Source of the DNA: Obrimoposthia wandeli
Taxonomy: Eukaryota
Assembly (NCBI GenBank): GCA_977020255.1
Contig: CDROCS010000194.1
Location: 372,001-436,000 of the forward strand
Direction: 5' to 3'
Length of the DNA: 64,000 nucleotides
Shown: in pieces, positions 25,524 through 39,100 of the stretch
Numbering within the stretch: the stretch's first letter is position 1
Layout of the letters: every line of letters begins with the position of its first letter
Notes under the pieces: model-generated
Databases searched by the model: none
What the model saw: the letters and a program-made list of their open reading frames with translations, nothing else
What the model was told of the DNA's origin: nothing
Translations under genes and position numbers: made by a program

Positions 25524-28500
25524 TCAGTTGTTGATCTTGAATGTGATCAGACTTTGAGTAGCCCAGTTGTTGTAGACAAATCGAAGAAAAGGACATAGGA
25601 ATATCTGAAATAGATAGTTATTAATACTGGATTTTAATGAACCTTTGTACTTATGCAGTTATTGATATTGTCGATATGTTTTCTTAATTTTAACTGAAAA
25701 TAAAATGACTCAAAATATTCAGATCTGTAGGATAAATTTTAGCTGAAAGTTGACACAACCAAAATATTAGACATTTCTTCAATTTCAAGCTTGTGTTTTT
25801 ACAAATCCCATGTATTTTCAATTTGGAAAGCAATTAGTTATGGATCTTTTGACCACCTATCAGAGTTGGAAAAATAAAAAAAGAATAACACTTTTTAGTT
25901 TTTCTTGTAAGATACATTTTTTTACAGATATAATTTATTCATTATTTTTCTTTTTGTGCACTTGCTTTCGTAAGTTATGCTAAGTTTTGAAAGCCTAAAC
26001 TTAAATTATACATACATTTATTGCTTATAAATAAAAGTAGAATATTCTACATAAGTAATATTGACCGAACGATATATTATAGGCTGGTTCCAACTCTTGT
26101 TTGTGAAGTTTTATCGAGATTTCTTAGTACAATTTATTAATACAGAAAAAGCAAAAAATAAAATAATTTACAAATACAAAAATGAGTAGAAAAACTGAAA
26201 TCAGAACAAATTTTATATAAATTCTTTACAAGAAACATTAAAAAATCTCTCCAAAAATGCAGATTGTTTAAAATGTTTAAAAATGTTTAAATTGTTTATA
26301 TGTACAATTCTTTCTTTTGTGAATAGTTTTGTAAAATGAATTTATTGAGAATCAGAACTATACCAAGATGCTTAATTAAATACTCTTTTATATCATATTT
26401 GATTGGAAATTCTTTTAATTCTATATTAGAAAAAATTCACAAAAATAATCGCTACGAGCCAAGTTTGGAGAGTAAAGTGGGTGTTGGAGAACATTCACGA
26501 TATTTTTTTCTTGCTGTTATTGTGACATGAATTTCAATGAATCATATAGAAAAATTCCATGAAAATCTAATTTTTTTTGCCATTTGCTTTCATTTTCCAT
26601 TGCGTTTCTTTTGGGTATCATGACGGGTGTGTCTCTCCGTCTCCTTTCCAATAACGGTGTTTTCCTCCATGACCTTCATTATTCAAATACAGCCATACCT
26701 CTTCAACTGTTATCAGCTGATTCAACAAAAAAATGGTCGGCGCTGTTTTTCAAAAGTTCTCCACACATTCTTATTACTTTCTTATCTTCATTTCACTTCA
26801 CTTAACTATATTTTGTCAATTAATAATACATTTAAAATCATTAATCTACATTAGAAAGATAAAGTATAAATATCACAAATTATTAATATTGTAGCAACGG
26901 TTTATTTTTCAATTGAAGATGAATATTACAATGACTTATAAAGTTTTGACCTGTTTTCAATGATTTCTAGATAATGTTTGTACAATTTAATCTGCCATAA
27001 TCACCATTCTTAGATTCCGCACTTCTTAGTTATTCTAATACCTTAAGTTGAAGGCCACAAAACTCATCTCACCCGGAAAAAGAGATTCGAACGCTTGGTA
27101 CGGATTTCCATGACGATCTTGCAACCTCCAGTGTTAGTTGCGGATACGTTGAACTCTGTCAATGTCCTGGCAAAGTTATCAGTTGTGAAACTGAACCGGC
27201 GTGCAAATTGGGCCTCAGCAATGACGTTGGTCTGAATCGTGTTGCCTGGACGAAGTTGCAATATCCTTAATTGAAACTGTTAAGATAAATATTTGATAAA
27301 AATAGTTACTGCCAATTATAAGTTCGTTATCTTTATTTAGAAATCCATAGTTAGGTTATCGGAAGAGATTACGAGCCGCGATAGTTCAGTGCTAGAATGT
27401 ACGACTTGCAGGTAGTGAGACCCGAGGATCAATTACCAGTAGCGGTCACTAATTTTCCCCGAACCTGACAACACTAAAATTGAATCCAGCATCTCAAAAT
27501 TCTATCTGATAGTATATTTGAACTGATTACAATCTGGTATCCATATTATCTAATGTCTAAATTTAATTAAATCATTTCAATTTCGTAATACAATCAAAAG
27601 TAATAAAATGCAACCATTAATGAACTTTATATAGTCTTGTATAATAATTATCTAATAATGAAATAACAACATTTTGTTGAACCTGGTTACAAAACAATCA
27701 TTTGTAAGGTGGTATTTCTGCTCATGCTATACTATTGGAGTAGCAAACATAATTTTTCAGCACTTTCTTTTAACTCATAATGAGAGATTGGACGAATGAT
27801 CTCTTTGGTGCGCAGACGTTTCGGATACGGTGTTTTCAAACTGACCTTATTTTAAAGTAGAACGTTTCGGACTTTCAAGAATTTTCATCTTCTCGTTTAA
27901 AGATTTATAAGATATTTTGTGTCAATTAAGTTTAGATGAAGATGGTGTTCGTTCTACTAGTTTTTTTTTGTCAATTTTTAAGATTTTAATTTTATATAAT
28001 TTAGTTTACTTTAAGAAGGTGTTCTAATAGTTTATTTTTGGGAATTTTTATAAAAAAAAGTTAGTTTTGAACCAATTTATAGGTTTAATTGGTCATTTTT
28101 TTGGGTCAATATTATTATAAAAGAATAAGATTTGAGTAAATTTATAGGAAAAAAGATTTGAATCACTGGATTACGTCATCGCATGTACGCCATTATCCTC
28201 CGAAAGGCCCGCGTTTAGTGTAATTAGGTCGAGGAACATACCGCAGTATTAAATTCTGTGCACTGGAAATAACAGTGCATTATCATGATTAATCTGTAGA
28301 TTAAATGTTTCGAAATATTATATAATATAATCCCACATTGATGCTTTTGGTTTATTAATTATTAAGATGTCATCTATGTGAACATGAATCAGCGGAATGT
28401 CCCATTTTTATGACATCTTTTTATAACCAGGGTCAAGGCCCATTGCAAGGAAATTTAATCTTATAATAGGCATTGAATCTGAACTTGATAATATGGGTAT

Positions 28501-31499
28501 TTGTTTTTGTTGGTGTAACTTTACAATAAAACAATCTGTACTTTTTAAAAAGTTGAGAACACAAAGTTTTATAAATATTATATTCTCAATTTGTTCAAAA
28601 TGCTTTAGAATGGATCTAGGGTTATTAACTGTTTTTTTGTTAAAACTTGTCATTCATTTATTAGAGTGATATCATTCTTCATATTGTTTGCCTATTTGAT
28701 TGAATAATATTTATACTAATTTGTACTAAAGCAAGCAGAGAAAAATCACATATAGGCAAATCTGAATTTAAATATGAGCTAGTTATGGCAGGAGCACTGA
28801 TAAAATACTTATATCAGAACTGAGGACATTTGTTTTTTACAGATTTAATTTGAACTAATTTGAAAAAAAAATTAATGTTTTTGGATATCATTTTCATGTT
28901 TTTTAGGATGATTTGGTAGGGAATTTGAGTAGTACACAATAAAATTGATGATCACAGATATAACGAATCTGCAAAATTGTATACAAATATGGACAAATAA
29001 GGAATATATATATGTCAAGATTAGAATTTATGAAATTAAAAAAAGGGTTAACCATTTATAGGAAAAATAAAACCTTGAATTAAGGTTAAAATAAAATAAA
29101 TAAAAATAGGATGCAACGAAAATAATTTAGGACCTTGAAGAAGTCCTGTTGTGTAGTTTGAGGTATATATGAAAGTTGAGGCGAGAGACAAAAACACAAT
29201 AAAGAAAAATCAGTGAAAACCTAATAATTATCGTGAGAAATCGTCACCTGTTCTCCATTAATTAGAACTGTGAGGCTCCGACATATGTGAGCCAGACGTC
29301 CCAACAATTCCTCGAGCAGCACTTAGTAGCTAAGAAATGCTATAAAAGGAGACAGAGTTTGAAACAAAATTGAAATTGTAATTTGAAAAATCGAAACAGG
29401 AATAAATTGTAATTTGGAGAGACACGAAAACGGAAATTTAGAACATCACGAAAGGAGTCAGAAAATGAGCACAAATCGTTGAAGACAGAGAGATTGAGAA
29501 TAACACAAATTGACAGTTAGACAAAAAAAGAAGCTAACTCAACGGAAATCGAGATCATCACAAATCACTGATGTCAAGGTAAGAAAAGAGTTGCGGCCGG
29601 ATAAAACAAACTAAAAATCAGATCTCGCAGATCACCTGGGAAGGACTCACCAGTGATCCAGAACACGTCGACAGCTGAGGTCAGACTGAATCGAGGACTT
29701 CCAGGACACTCGGATACCAACGGGAAACAGTGGCCAATTCCGTGGTCACTTCGGAAATCAAGGATAAAAGACAAAGGTATAAAAGGTTTAACCCGTTATC
29801 GCCCATATTGAATTTTATTGTCTATGTTGAATTTTAAATTAGTGAAAGAAGTTTAACCCGTTTATTGTCTATATTGAATTTGAAATAGTAAAATAAGTTT
29901 GTAAAAATAAAAGTTGTTTAGATAAGTGAAACGCAGTTGACACCCAGCAACTATTTCCTAAAATTGAACGTCAAATTTACTAGGAAAATAAATTAAAATC
30001 AATACGTTAGGCTAAAGTCATCCTTGTTTACCGCGTGTTGAAACGAGTGTAGTAAGACAAGTTACTATCATCCGTAGAACCTTTTTAGTTAAGTGTGAAT
30101 TTAATATAGTGTTTCCTACACATAAAGTAGAATTAATTCAATCAATTCCATATATGACTAGAGCAATACGAATTCCTCTATACACGACATTACATTAGCG
30201 GAAAACCTTTTGGTGTACGACGAGCACAACTCTCTACACAACCGCAATACAAACACAAAAACCCTTCAGAACTGAGACAAAGACAAATAAACCCAAAAGA
30301 TAGACCACATACATCTGTAAGCCCTATTGCCACAGAACTCACGTTGGGGCCCTCCATACGAGGATCTAGTTTCAAATAGAAACCCCAACATATATATGAA
30401 GTTGATTATGAAATAAATTGGTTGAGTACAAAAATCAGTAAAAACATTAGTCGAAACATGTCATGTTCTACGCCAAAAACATCATATAACACACACACAC
30501 ATATTTATATATGTTTAGATGAAAAATAGATTTTAATTAGTACAGTTTTGCACATTACGGTATATTGTTGGAACATGTGCATATATATATATATATCTCT
30601 GTTCCAACAATATACCGTTATATGCAAAACTACACAAATTACAATCTATTTTTTATCTAAACAAATCTATAAATAACTAATTGGTTCTAAAATACTTAAA
30701 AAACGGTAGTCTATTGTTAAAATAATAATAAAGATTAATAAATAATATATTTATTTTGAGAAATACTTCCGCAAAGTTGTTTGCACTTTTTCTTTTGGTA
30801 CTTCAACATTTCTTCGTGCCATAATTTAAAAATACGCTAATTAAAATACACATATAAACTAAATTTTAAAGTTAAAAACTGTTTTATAGCAAAACCGTAT
30901 TATACACCTAATCAAAATGAATGTAGTCGATACAATAGCAATATAATAATAAATCAATACATGAAATATTCTTTGCAACACCTGTAACCTATATACGCGA
31001 ATTATGAAAATTGATTGTATAACAGTATCACAAGGAATATACTTTCAGTAATTATCATAATAAACAATATCATCATATACGTAAATTCTGTCATAATGGT
31101 CAGACAGAAATAATCGAGCTTACTCACCGAACCAGCCCTTTGATGAAGTGGTTTGGAACTGGTAACCCGACTTGGTTTGATCAGGGATAGTATCACTGCC
31201 TGCATCTACGATCGAGACCATCCACTGCAGAAACAAATAAATTCTAAACAATCCCAAATACGTGTTTACAACAATTGACGATATATTTGATACTAATATT
31301 TTTTAAAATGAAGAAAAGACGGAGCTCTCACCTTAGGATAACTGAGAAAGTCCGCGATCCTTTTGTAGCAAAGGACAGGTATCACGTCGAGTCTGGTGGT
31401 CTTGGTGATGAGGACATCGGACCCCGTCATATCGGGCTTGATGAGAAATGAGGCCAACGCTATCGCCGCTCCAAGGGCACCAATACTGTACCACAACAT
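25524..31499 (-). CDS. Membrane-anchored SRPBCC/START-like (polyketide cyclase-like) protein, 4 exons: 31499-31332, 31224-31124, 27265-27073, 25604-25524
   Basis: Spliced translation MLWYSIGALGAAIALASFL...IPVLCYKRIADFLSYPK/WMVSIV...SGYQF...KGWFGE/ILQLRPG...ARRFSF...TEFNVSATNTGGCKIVMEIRTKRSNLFFR/IFLCPFLRFVYNNWATQSLITFKINN*. GT-AG sites throughout; the exon 2/3 junction has alternative solutions. Fold call comes from the IAD..YP.W and RRF.F pattern. Confidence 0.72.
26440..26800 (-). mobile_element. Mariner-like transposase remnant in an intron
   Basis: RMCGELL...FLLNQLITVEEVWLY...YWKGDGETHP matches the FL..IVTGDE.W.Y...W...GE..P region. Confidence 0.62.
27375..27448 (+). pseudogene. tRNA-like sequence (tRNA pseudogene or SINE head)
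   Basis: Acceptor stem GCCGCGA/TAGCGGT (6 of 7 pairs), D arm GTTC/GAAT, A box TAGTTCAGTGCTAG and a degenerate B box GGATCAATTACC. The anticodon and T stems do not pair well. Confidence 0.5.
27810..28270. mobile_element. Partial copy of the ACGTTTCGG foldback/MULE-like family
   Basis: Terminus GTGCGCAGACGTTTCGG resembles the reverse complement of the right end of the 1304-1713 element; shares T-rich modules and a GC-richer core with 18400-19740. Confidence 0.5.
29170..30390 (+). mobile_element. Solo LTR 1 (1221 bp)
   Basis: TG...CA ends, TATA 4-bp duplication on both sides, TATAAAAGG box near 29341, and 3'-terminal ~50 nt shared with the other two solo LTRs. Confidence 0.8.
30512..30663. mobile_element. 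Hairpin MITE-like element (~60-bp imperfect inverted arms around a (TA)n spacer)
   Basis: TGTTTAGATGAAAAATAGAT...ACGGTATATTGTTGGAACA pairs with TGTTCCAACAATATACCGT...ATCTATTTTTTATCTAAACA. Confidence 0.75.
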
Positions 31500-32070
31500 T
31501 GTTGTTTCTAGCTAACAGATAAAACTGCACCGATAATGTACTACGGTTACTTGTTTAGCTACACACGTTACCACGACAACCAGAAGGGAATATCCAATGA
31601 GCTACCAGCTTCTACATACACAGCCAATAATCACAATGGAGGATTGGTGCCATTGTTTGCTATGTTACTCATCTTCTATGTTCATGAAGAAATGAGCTGT
31701 TGAAATTTTAAAACAAATGTCTATACACATATTTTTATTTTTCCAAATTTAATTGTTGGAAAATAAACAACTTTTAACCGAATAAACCTAATAAATTAGA
31801 ATATATATATAAACACATTCAAACTGATATTTTAAAATAACTATAAAAATTATCATGTTAATTATAATTAGCTCAACTTATTACAATATAAATTAAATAT
31901 ACATGATATAGTGTTATTAGTAAACTTTATTTACATTTATTTCAATTATTTCGAAACAGTAGTTAATTAATTAAATACATTTTATAATATTGAACAATAA
32001 TATTTAATCAAATTAACAAATCCTCGATAGTGACAAAGTTATTACTAATTGCCATTGATTGTTGTAAAAA

Positions 32071-32568
32071 AATTGATTAAGTTATTTGTTTATTTTACTT
32101 TTTCGCTATTTTGAAGAGCCAGTTTCGTATTTAGGGGCTGAACAGTAAACTTTTTGTAAACTATTAAAAATTAGAATTGAGATCTAATGACTGACTATTG
32201 CTATTATAAAGTACAATATAGAATTCAAATATTCCTAAGATACAGTTTATTCCTCTAAAAATAATTTCAAAAGTAGAAAAAATCGAAATTTAAAATAAAA
32301 AAGGCAACTAAAACATAAATTGATTAAGTTATTTGTTTATTTTACTTTCTCGCTATTTTGAAGAGCCAGTTTCGTATTTAGAGGCTGAACAGTAAACTTT
32401 TTGTAAACTATTAAAAATTAGAATTGAGATCTAATGACTGACTATTGCTATTATAAAGTACAATATAGAATTCAAATATTCCTAAGATACAGTTTATTCC
32501 TCTAAAATGAATTTCAAAAGTAGAAAAAATCGAAATTTAAAATAAAAAAGGCAACTAAAACATAAATT
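32071..32568. repeat. Tandem duplication, 2 x 247 bp with a few substitutions
   Basis: AATTGATTAAGTTATTTG at 32071 and 32318; the copies differ at a few sites (GGGGCTG versus GAGGCTG). Confidence 0.9.
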
Positions 32569-34064
32569 ACACGCGAGACTGTCTTTGGATTCGGTAAAAA
32601 AGAAACAGCAGATAAAATATTCTGATAATATGAATCTGGCATTATTTCCATGGATGTTCACAATTTTGAAAGTGGCGATGATCTATTAAAAAAGTGTTTT
32701 CGTTTAACACGAAACAAAATAATTCTGATCTCCGGCAATATTTTCCTGCAGAATGCTCATCTGAACTATGCTGAGATGCAATATCTGAATATTAATTGGA
32801 AATCAAGAAAAAAATATCGAAGTTTAAAAAGTTGTATGTGGATGCCGCTTTTTTAGACGAGGTTGGAGCGAATAACATGTTGTCTTTACTGTCTAAGCAT
32901 TTTAATCCCATAATATACTGAACTGCCGGGAAAGGAGACAATATTATGGATGAGTACACTTACATTTATGTTATTTAATTCATAATCATTTTATTTCAGT
33001 TGTATGTCTGATCGAACATATACATTTAGGAACGAAAAGTGTTTTGGTTGAATGTTATTTAAGGAGTGACTAACTAGTATGGTTACAGTCAGTATACACA
33101 GCTAAAAGTTGCTTTTTCTAGTCAGTGAAATAGTACAAGGCCACATTGTTTTAAGGCAATCAAAACGATTCCACTGCCGAAATATAATAACCGAAAATCG
33201 TCGTAAACTTATTAAATATTCGAAAAATAGGTCAAGAATGTTGATGAAGAAAATACAAAACAGTAACCAAAAATCGCTTTGATATTCGATAACAACACTG
33301 CTTATACATGTATCAAACTTAAAAATATCACACTTGTGTATCTGACTTTCAACACAATTATAAGAACATAATCTCTAAACCAAGGTATTATTTGAAAGCC
33401 AAAAACGGATAGAAAAATAGCAAAAATAGAGTAATACATGTACATAACACAAATGTGTCTATATTAACCCCTTTTCCTGACCATTAGAATAGATAGATAT
33501 GAAGGTTATGATACAGAATGTAGAGTTTACACTATTGTTGGGACCAAGACTTAGGGAAGCCTCTGGTGTGTGAGTTCCTTAAAGTGATAAGTCTTGTATG
33601 AACGGCCAACCCTTTTAGTCTCAAAAGTTATCTGAAGGTATATGTTTTTATTTGCCTCAATTATAATTTCAATTGTTCGCCTGATCAATCAGTCGATGAT
33701 TTTTAAAATGTATAATTTGGGTTAAACGTGGGGCTATTCTCTATATTCTATAGTCGTATACGGTCAAACTATTCTCGGACAATTAACGGTCTGTCCTGGT
33801 CCTATGTCTTATTCGAAAACAATTTTATTCAAAATAAAATACATTTATTCAATACCAAATCAAAATACAAAACAAAATACGTTGATTTAAAATTACACAA
33901 TGATAAAGGAGAGTGTCGTGAGCTCTGTCCAATTTATCCAGAAGTGTGTGGGAAAATATTGTGCCGTGTTCAGGCTAGTTTTAATGTAGGGAAAAATTTA
34001 TATTTAAAAAGACTTCGGCCTGTTTTAGGCTTGTTAGATCTTTCCCTGATTTTAACTCTACAAA

Positions 34065-34649
34065 AATAGTCCCTGTTCAGGACAACTAAATAAATGAAAT
34101 TGATTATGAAATTTAATAACTAATTTAAGTTCTGTTCGCCGGTAATTTCTCGATACTTGGTCCTGTTGCGAGTTCGTCCTCTTGTTCTCTCCTCGTCGGT
34201 TTATTCCTGGCTCCTCAAATTTTCCTCTCTTGGGAAAAGTCGGTATCGTCTGCTGGAATATCCTTGCGTTCGTCGCGATTGTGTCCTCTTATTGTCGTGT
34301 TCTGCTTCGAGTTTTCCTCCCGTAAGAAAATTCGGTCTGGCCTGATTTCTTCAAAATTTGCCGGTAGATTGTGATTTTATTCCCGTTGTCGTCTTCTTTT
34401 TATACTGCAGTCTGCTTTTCCTTAAAATTTCCCAATTTTGTTCTTTTCGTCTAAACCCTCTTCTGCTTTTTGCGTGTTGTGGTATCTCATGTGACTCTAT
34501 TTATGCTGTTAAATCAGCAGTCACATGAGATCGATTTCATTTATATTTCTTGGAAATTCTTAATTTTCTAAATTGTTCCCTTTTTAATAATTTAATTTAA
34601 TTTAATTTAATCTTCAGGGTTATGAAATGTCCTTGACGAGGACTATACA
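34065..34649. mobile_element. Inverted-repeat-bounded insertion (MITE or solo LTR-like)
   Basis: ATAGTCCCTGTTCAGGAC at the left versus the reverse complement ATAGTCCTCGTCAAGGAC at the right; pyrimidine-rich interior. No clear TSD. Confidence 0.35.
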
Positions 34650-35183
34650 TATATCCAATTATTTAATTTTTTTTAAAATTCGTCCGATTCTGGACCTCAA
34701 CACGACGTTTGATTCTTCTTATTGTGCCAGCGATTTAAGTTTGCACGTATGTATGCGCAATGTCATTTTCACCCTTTTTCACTCAGTTTACAAGCACTTT
34801 TCACACCCCAATGCAGTATGACATCAAAATGTATACCAAAAGTTGCATAATTTTAAGTTTGATGTATACTATAATGTTATTGTAATGATTATAACGTATA
34901 AGTGATGATATTAATCGTCTTTGATGAATTTATATGTTGATATGCTTACGTATAGTTTTTACTATATGTAAAATCGAGTGATTTCGAAATGGTGAAATTG
35001 GAGTTTTAATACTGGACTTTCTATAGATTTACTGTATATCCGACTTTAGTACGTTATTGCGTTACCATATTTTTATCCTCAATGCTTGAAGTATAGTTAG
35101 ATGCGTATGGAGTAAACGTATCTTTTGGTATCAATTTCATGAGTGTCCGATGTTTAATGGAAGAATTAAGGATTGACTTAGAT

Positions 35184-35369
35184 TTAATTTATTGATATTT
35201 TGAAACGTTTTAGAATTTGAGAAATTGAATCAAATGATACGTTATGAAATGGTGCAACTTTTGGCATATGAATTGATGCCATAATGTATTTAGAAGTGTG
35301 TGAAAAATGAAAAAAAGAGTGACATACATTAGTGTGAATTTGAATCACTGACATACTAAGAAGAATCAA
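35184..35369 (-). mobile_element. Possible Polinton-type DNA polymerase B exonuclease-region relic
   Basis: HMPKVAPFHNVSFDS resembles the PxxFHNxxxYD motif; short and degenerate. Confidence 0.3.
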
Positions 35370-36159
35370 ACATCGGGGGAACTCTACACACCAGGAGGGG
35401 AGCGGGTAATGTGGCAGAACCGAGATATCTACCTAATCATTGGTGTTGACTTATAATATAAAAGAAAAACTCGATATGAACATTAATTTTACGATTTCTG
35501 GAATAATCTAGATGAATCTTAATAAATCTAAATGACAATTCAACAGCTCGGGGAATTGTAAATATGGTAAGTATAACTTGCGATATATATCCCTTTATCA
35601 GTAGCACTCTCTTCATCACCTGAAACATCTGATAATATGTACATGGAAAGCTTTGAATGTTTTCCTCATTGTTATTCATTTTCATCATAACCTTTGATTT
35701 TTAAACATATTATAAAAACACATAATCACACAAATGTTTTCTCTCTTCCAGTTAGTGTGTTTATACCATTTCATAATAAATTCGTTCTTCACTTACTGAT
35801 ACCTTTTTTATGTAGTCACTCATTGGATCCTGAGACACTTGTTTATTTTAGGAAAAATCGGTTACAATCAGGTATGTAAGTAAATTTATTTTGTTTTCTA
35901 ATACACTTATTTATTTTCAGAGAGTGTTGTACTTTAGTATCGTTTTTGAAACTATAGTAATTGGGCTTTTATATTATAGGAATCAATTGACATTTTACAG
36001 TCCAGTTAATGCTAAAATTATCTCAAAGAAGGTTTTAATTTTTTATTATTCATTAAATCGATCAGCAGTTGGCTCATGTAAAATAGCTGATATTATCAAA
36101 TAGTAAAGTCATTCACAGCTGAAGTCAAAATTTCTAAAAAAATCAGAAACTAGAGCACA

Positions 36160-39100
36160 ATGGCCAAAGTACCGTCTGATGAGTCCTATTTCATGGATCT
36201 TGTTCGGAATCTGAGGGAAGAAACTGATTCTATAGATAAAAAATTCAAGATTCTCTATTATTCCAGGGGTTTCTTCAGCGGCCTGCAAGTTAAATATTTA
36301 AATTAAAAATTAAATTAAAATGAATTTATTAAGGCTGCGCAAATCTTGAAAGTTTTCAAGTCAGCACCTGAAAAATTAAAAGCTATACAATCCTTGGAAA
36401 AGGTAAGATTATTATTTTAATTTTGAAATCAATGCAAAGAAACTTCAGTAATGCAATATAATTTAAATTGAATACCAAATTTAGATCTAATTGGAATTAT
36501 TTAGTTTTTAAAGTATCTTTCTATTCATTTTATTAAAATTTTTCAATATATAGTCTTCCTGTATACTGACTTCAAGATATTTCAAAACATTATTTTTCAT
36601 TAAAGTTATCTTTACAGGTCTAATTCAATATATATTATAATCCTGTTCAGCCAGTCTGTTTTTCAGATCGGGGAACCAATAGGCATGAGGGTCCTGACCT
36701 CTCCTTGAAAATGGTTAAAGAGAACATTAGTATATTTAGAAAATAAAATAATAATACAATTTTTATGCTTAATATTTAACTAAAAGTTAAGCTTGGATTT
36801 TTTTAAATAAGAAAGGATTTAATCATGTAAATATTTTTATCTAAAACTATTTAAAATAAGAAATTACTTTAATCGACACTTAACTATCTTCCAAGCTACC
36901 TAACACACTGCAAGCAAATAAATAAATAAGTAGTAAAAGATATCTGCAACGACTTTGTACAATAAAAGTACTAGTGACAGTCAAATTAAATTGTTTCTCT
37001 TTGATCACAATGCATTGCATTCATTGAAATTAGTCAAAAATAAGAATTAGTTGAAAACTTTTCAAATAGTTTCAGGTAATCTGACCACTCGCAGACGTGT
37101 TACGGTCTTGTTAGACCTCATCGATATATTAAATTAAATCAACACAAAGCAAATCAACAAAGGATATAAGATAAAAAGATAAGTGAATGAATACATCAAA
37201 CGTATAATACAAATCAAAGATATATGAATTAAAATAGGATAGTTATTATGTAACTTTCGTCTGGAAACATTTCAAGAAAAGAGAAAATGTTGCCACGAAC
37301 TACTACCAGACTTAGACGCTGTCGGATGTAGTAGTAACAGAAATATACATCTGAACAATTTTATAACATGGAGACTTTTATGGTAAATCTATGAAGTGAA
37401 TTAATATTGGTAGACCTATTGATGGAGTAATAAACAATTTACTTAATAAATGCCAAGAAGTCATTTTTAAAGCAACTTTTTATCATCTTTTTGAAAGAAA
37501 AGACTTGCATGTAGATAATGTTACAATAGTAACGTCAGCAGTATATTTAAAAATTAAGGTGCGTCAAAGATTTGTTTAGCTTGTCGTAAAATATATCTTT
37601 CTCATTTTAGTAGTATCTATCAAACATGCAATTTTCTTTTATTTTTTCTATTTCAATTATAACTACATCAGTGACTTCTCGGGATTCAATGAATAGGAGG
37701 GGACTAGATGGACCTGGGGCCTTCTCCAAAATTAGTATGGAGGCCATTAGTATTTTAACCCTTCTACTCTACAATCCTTCATTGGTCCCTGCTTGCCTTT
37801 GCCAATATTTATTGTGTAAATTTGAATTTTTGTAATAATTAAATTGAAAAATATACTAAGTGACGACGTGAAAATAAATGAATATTTCACTTTTCTTTTA
37901 TGAAAATTATTTATTTAAACTTTTTGGAATTCAAAGAATGTTTTATTATACACATCAACGTTCATTTACACATATGGAAAATATATTCATTGTAGGAATC
38001 GGAATTTTAATTGTGGAGATTTTTTAATTTTATTATTGATTTTTGTTCATGGAATTTTTTCTTTTATATTACTTTAGAGGCTATGCCGAATGACATGTGC
38101 CGAAGGAAGAGAGATTCTTGTCGCCATCCAACCCGTCAACAACGATAGATTGGCAGCTCTCAACGTCATAAAACGGTTGAAAACTTTATTACTTATTTCT
38201 ATACTTTGAGTAGGATAATTCACAATTTTTTCATAAATTTTGTACAATGTATATTTTTCCTTAACCCATTATTAAGAATGGATTATTGTAAATATTCTTC
38301 ATTTATTAGAAAACATACATTTTGTATTAATTCAGAAATACTTTCATTTAATTATGAATTGAAGTGTGATAAAAAGTTAATATTTCATCAAATTATTAGC
38401 TACTCAATACGTTTATACCTAGTAAAAGACTGGTATTTAACTGGGTAAACTAAATTATAACAATAAATCAAATATTCCTAATATTATCAAAACGTAGTTG
38501 CATAAATAATCTTCAGTATTTTAGTTTCATTTCTGGAAATTTGGCGAGATAAAGTCAACGGACTGCAATAACATACCCACTTTCTGAAGCATATTTAAAT
38601 TATTTCAGATGTTCAATTGGAGACCAAGCAAAAGCATGGCCCCTCATTTTTCTTTTCGTAATCGTCTCACATTTATTAAGTTAGTCAAATAAAAAGAAAT
38701 ATAATTTTCCCTCCTCTATATATAAGTATGGGGATGTGTTGATTCCAGCACAGTACCCCCGACGAGTCATGGATCAAATTCATAATCGATTATGTAAGCA
38801 ATGTGTTGACGTGCATACACAGATACTTCACAACCTGAGGTTTATTATTAAGACACAGAGACAAGCATGCCATCACAATCATGTAAACATATAATCAATT
38901 ATTACATGACCAGGATGTACATTGTACACATCTAGCCTGTAGTGACCCAAGACTATTATTGAGCTTTAGAGACAAACAAAAAATCACAAATTTTATGTTT
39001 ACTTTTCATATAATTTTTTTAATTAAAACATCAGTAAATTTTCTTCCTAAAAATTTTTAAATTAGAAACATCTTTAGAATAAAATTATACATTCAATTTT

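Noticed and set aside
30343-30389. Hammerhead or HDV-like ribozyme identity for the LTR-terminal fold
   Set aside because: No CUGANGA/GAAA core in the junctions and no nested double pseudoknot that I could find on either strand; kept only as an unnamed structure.
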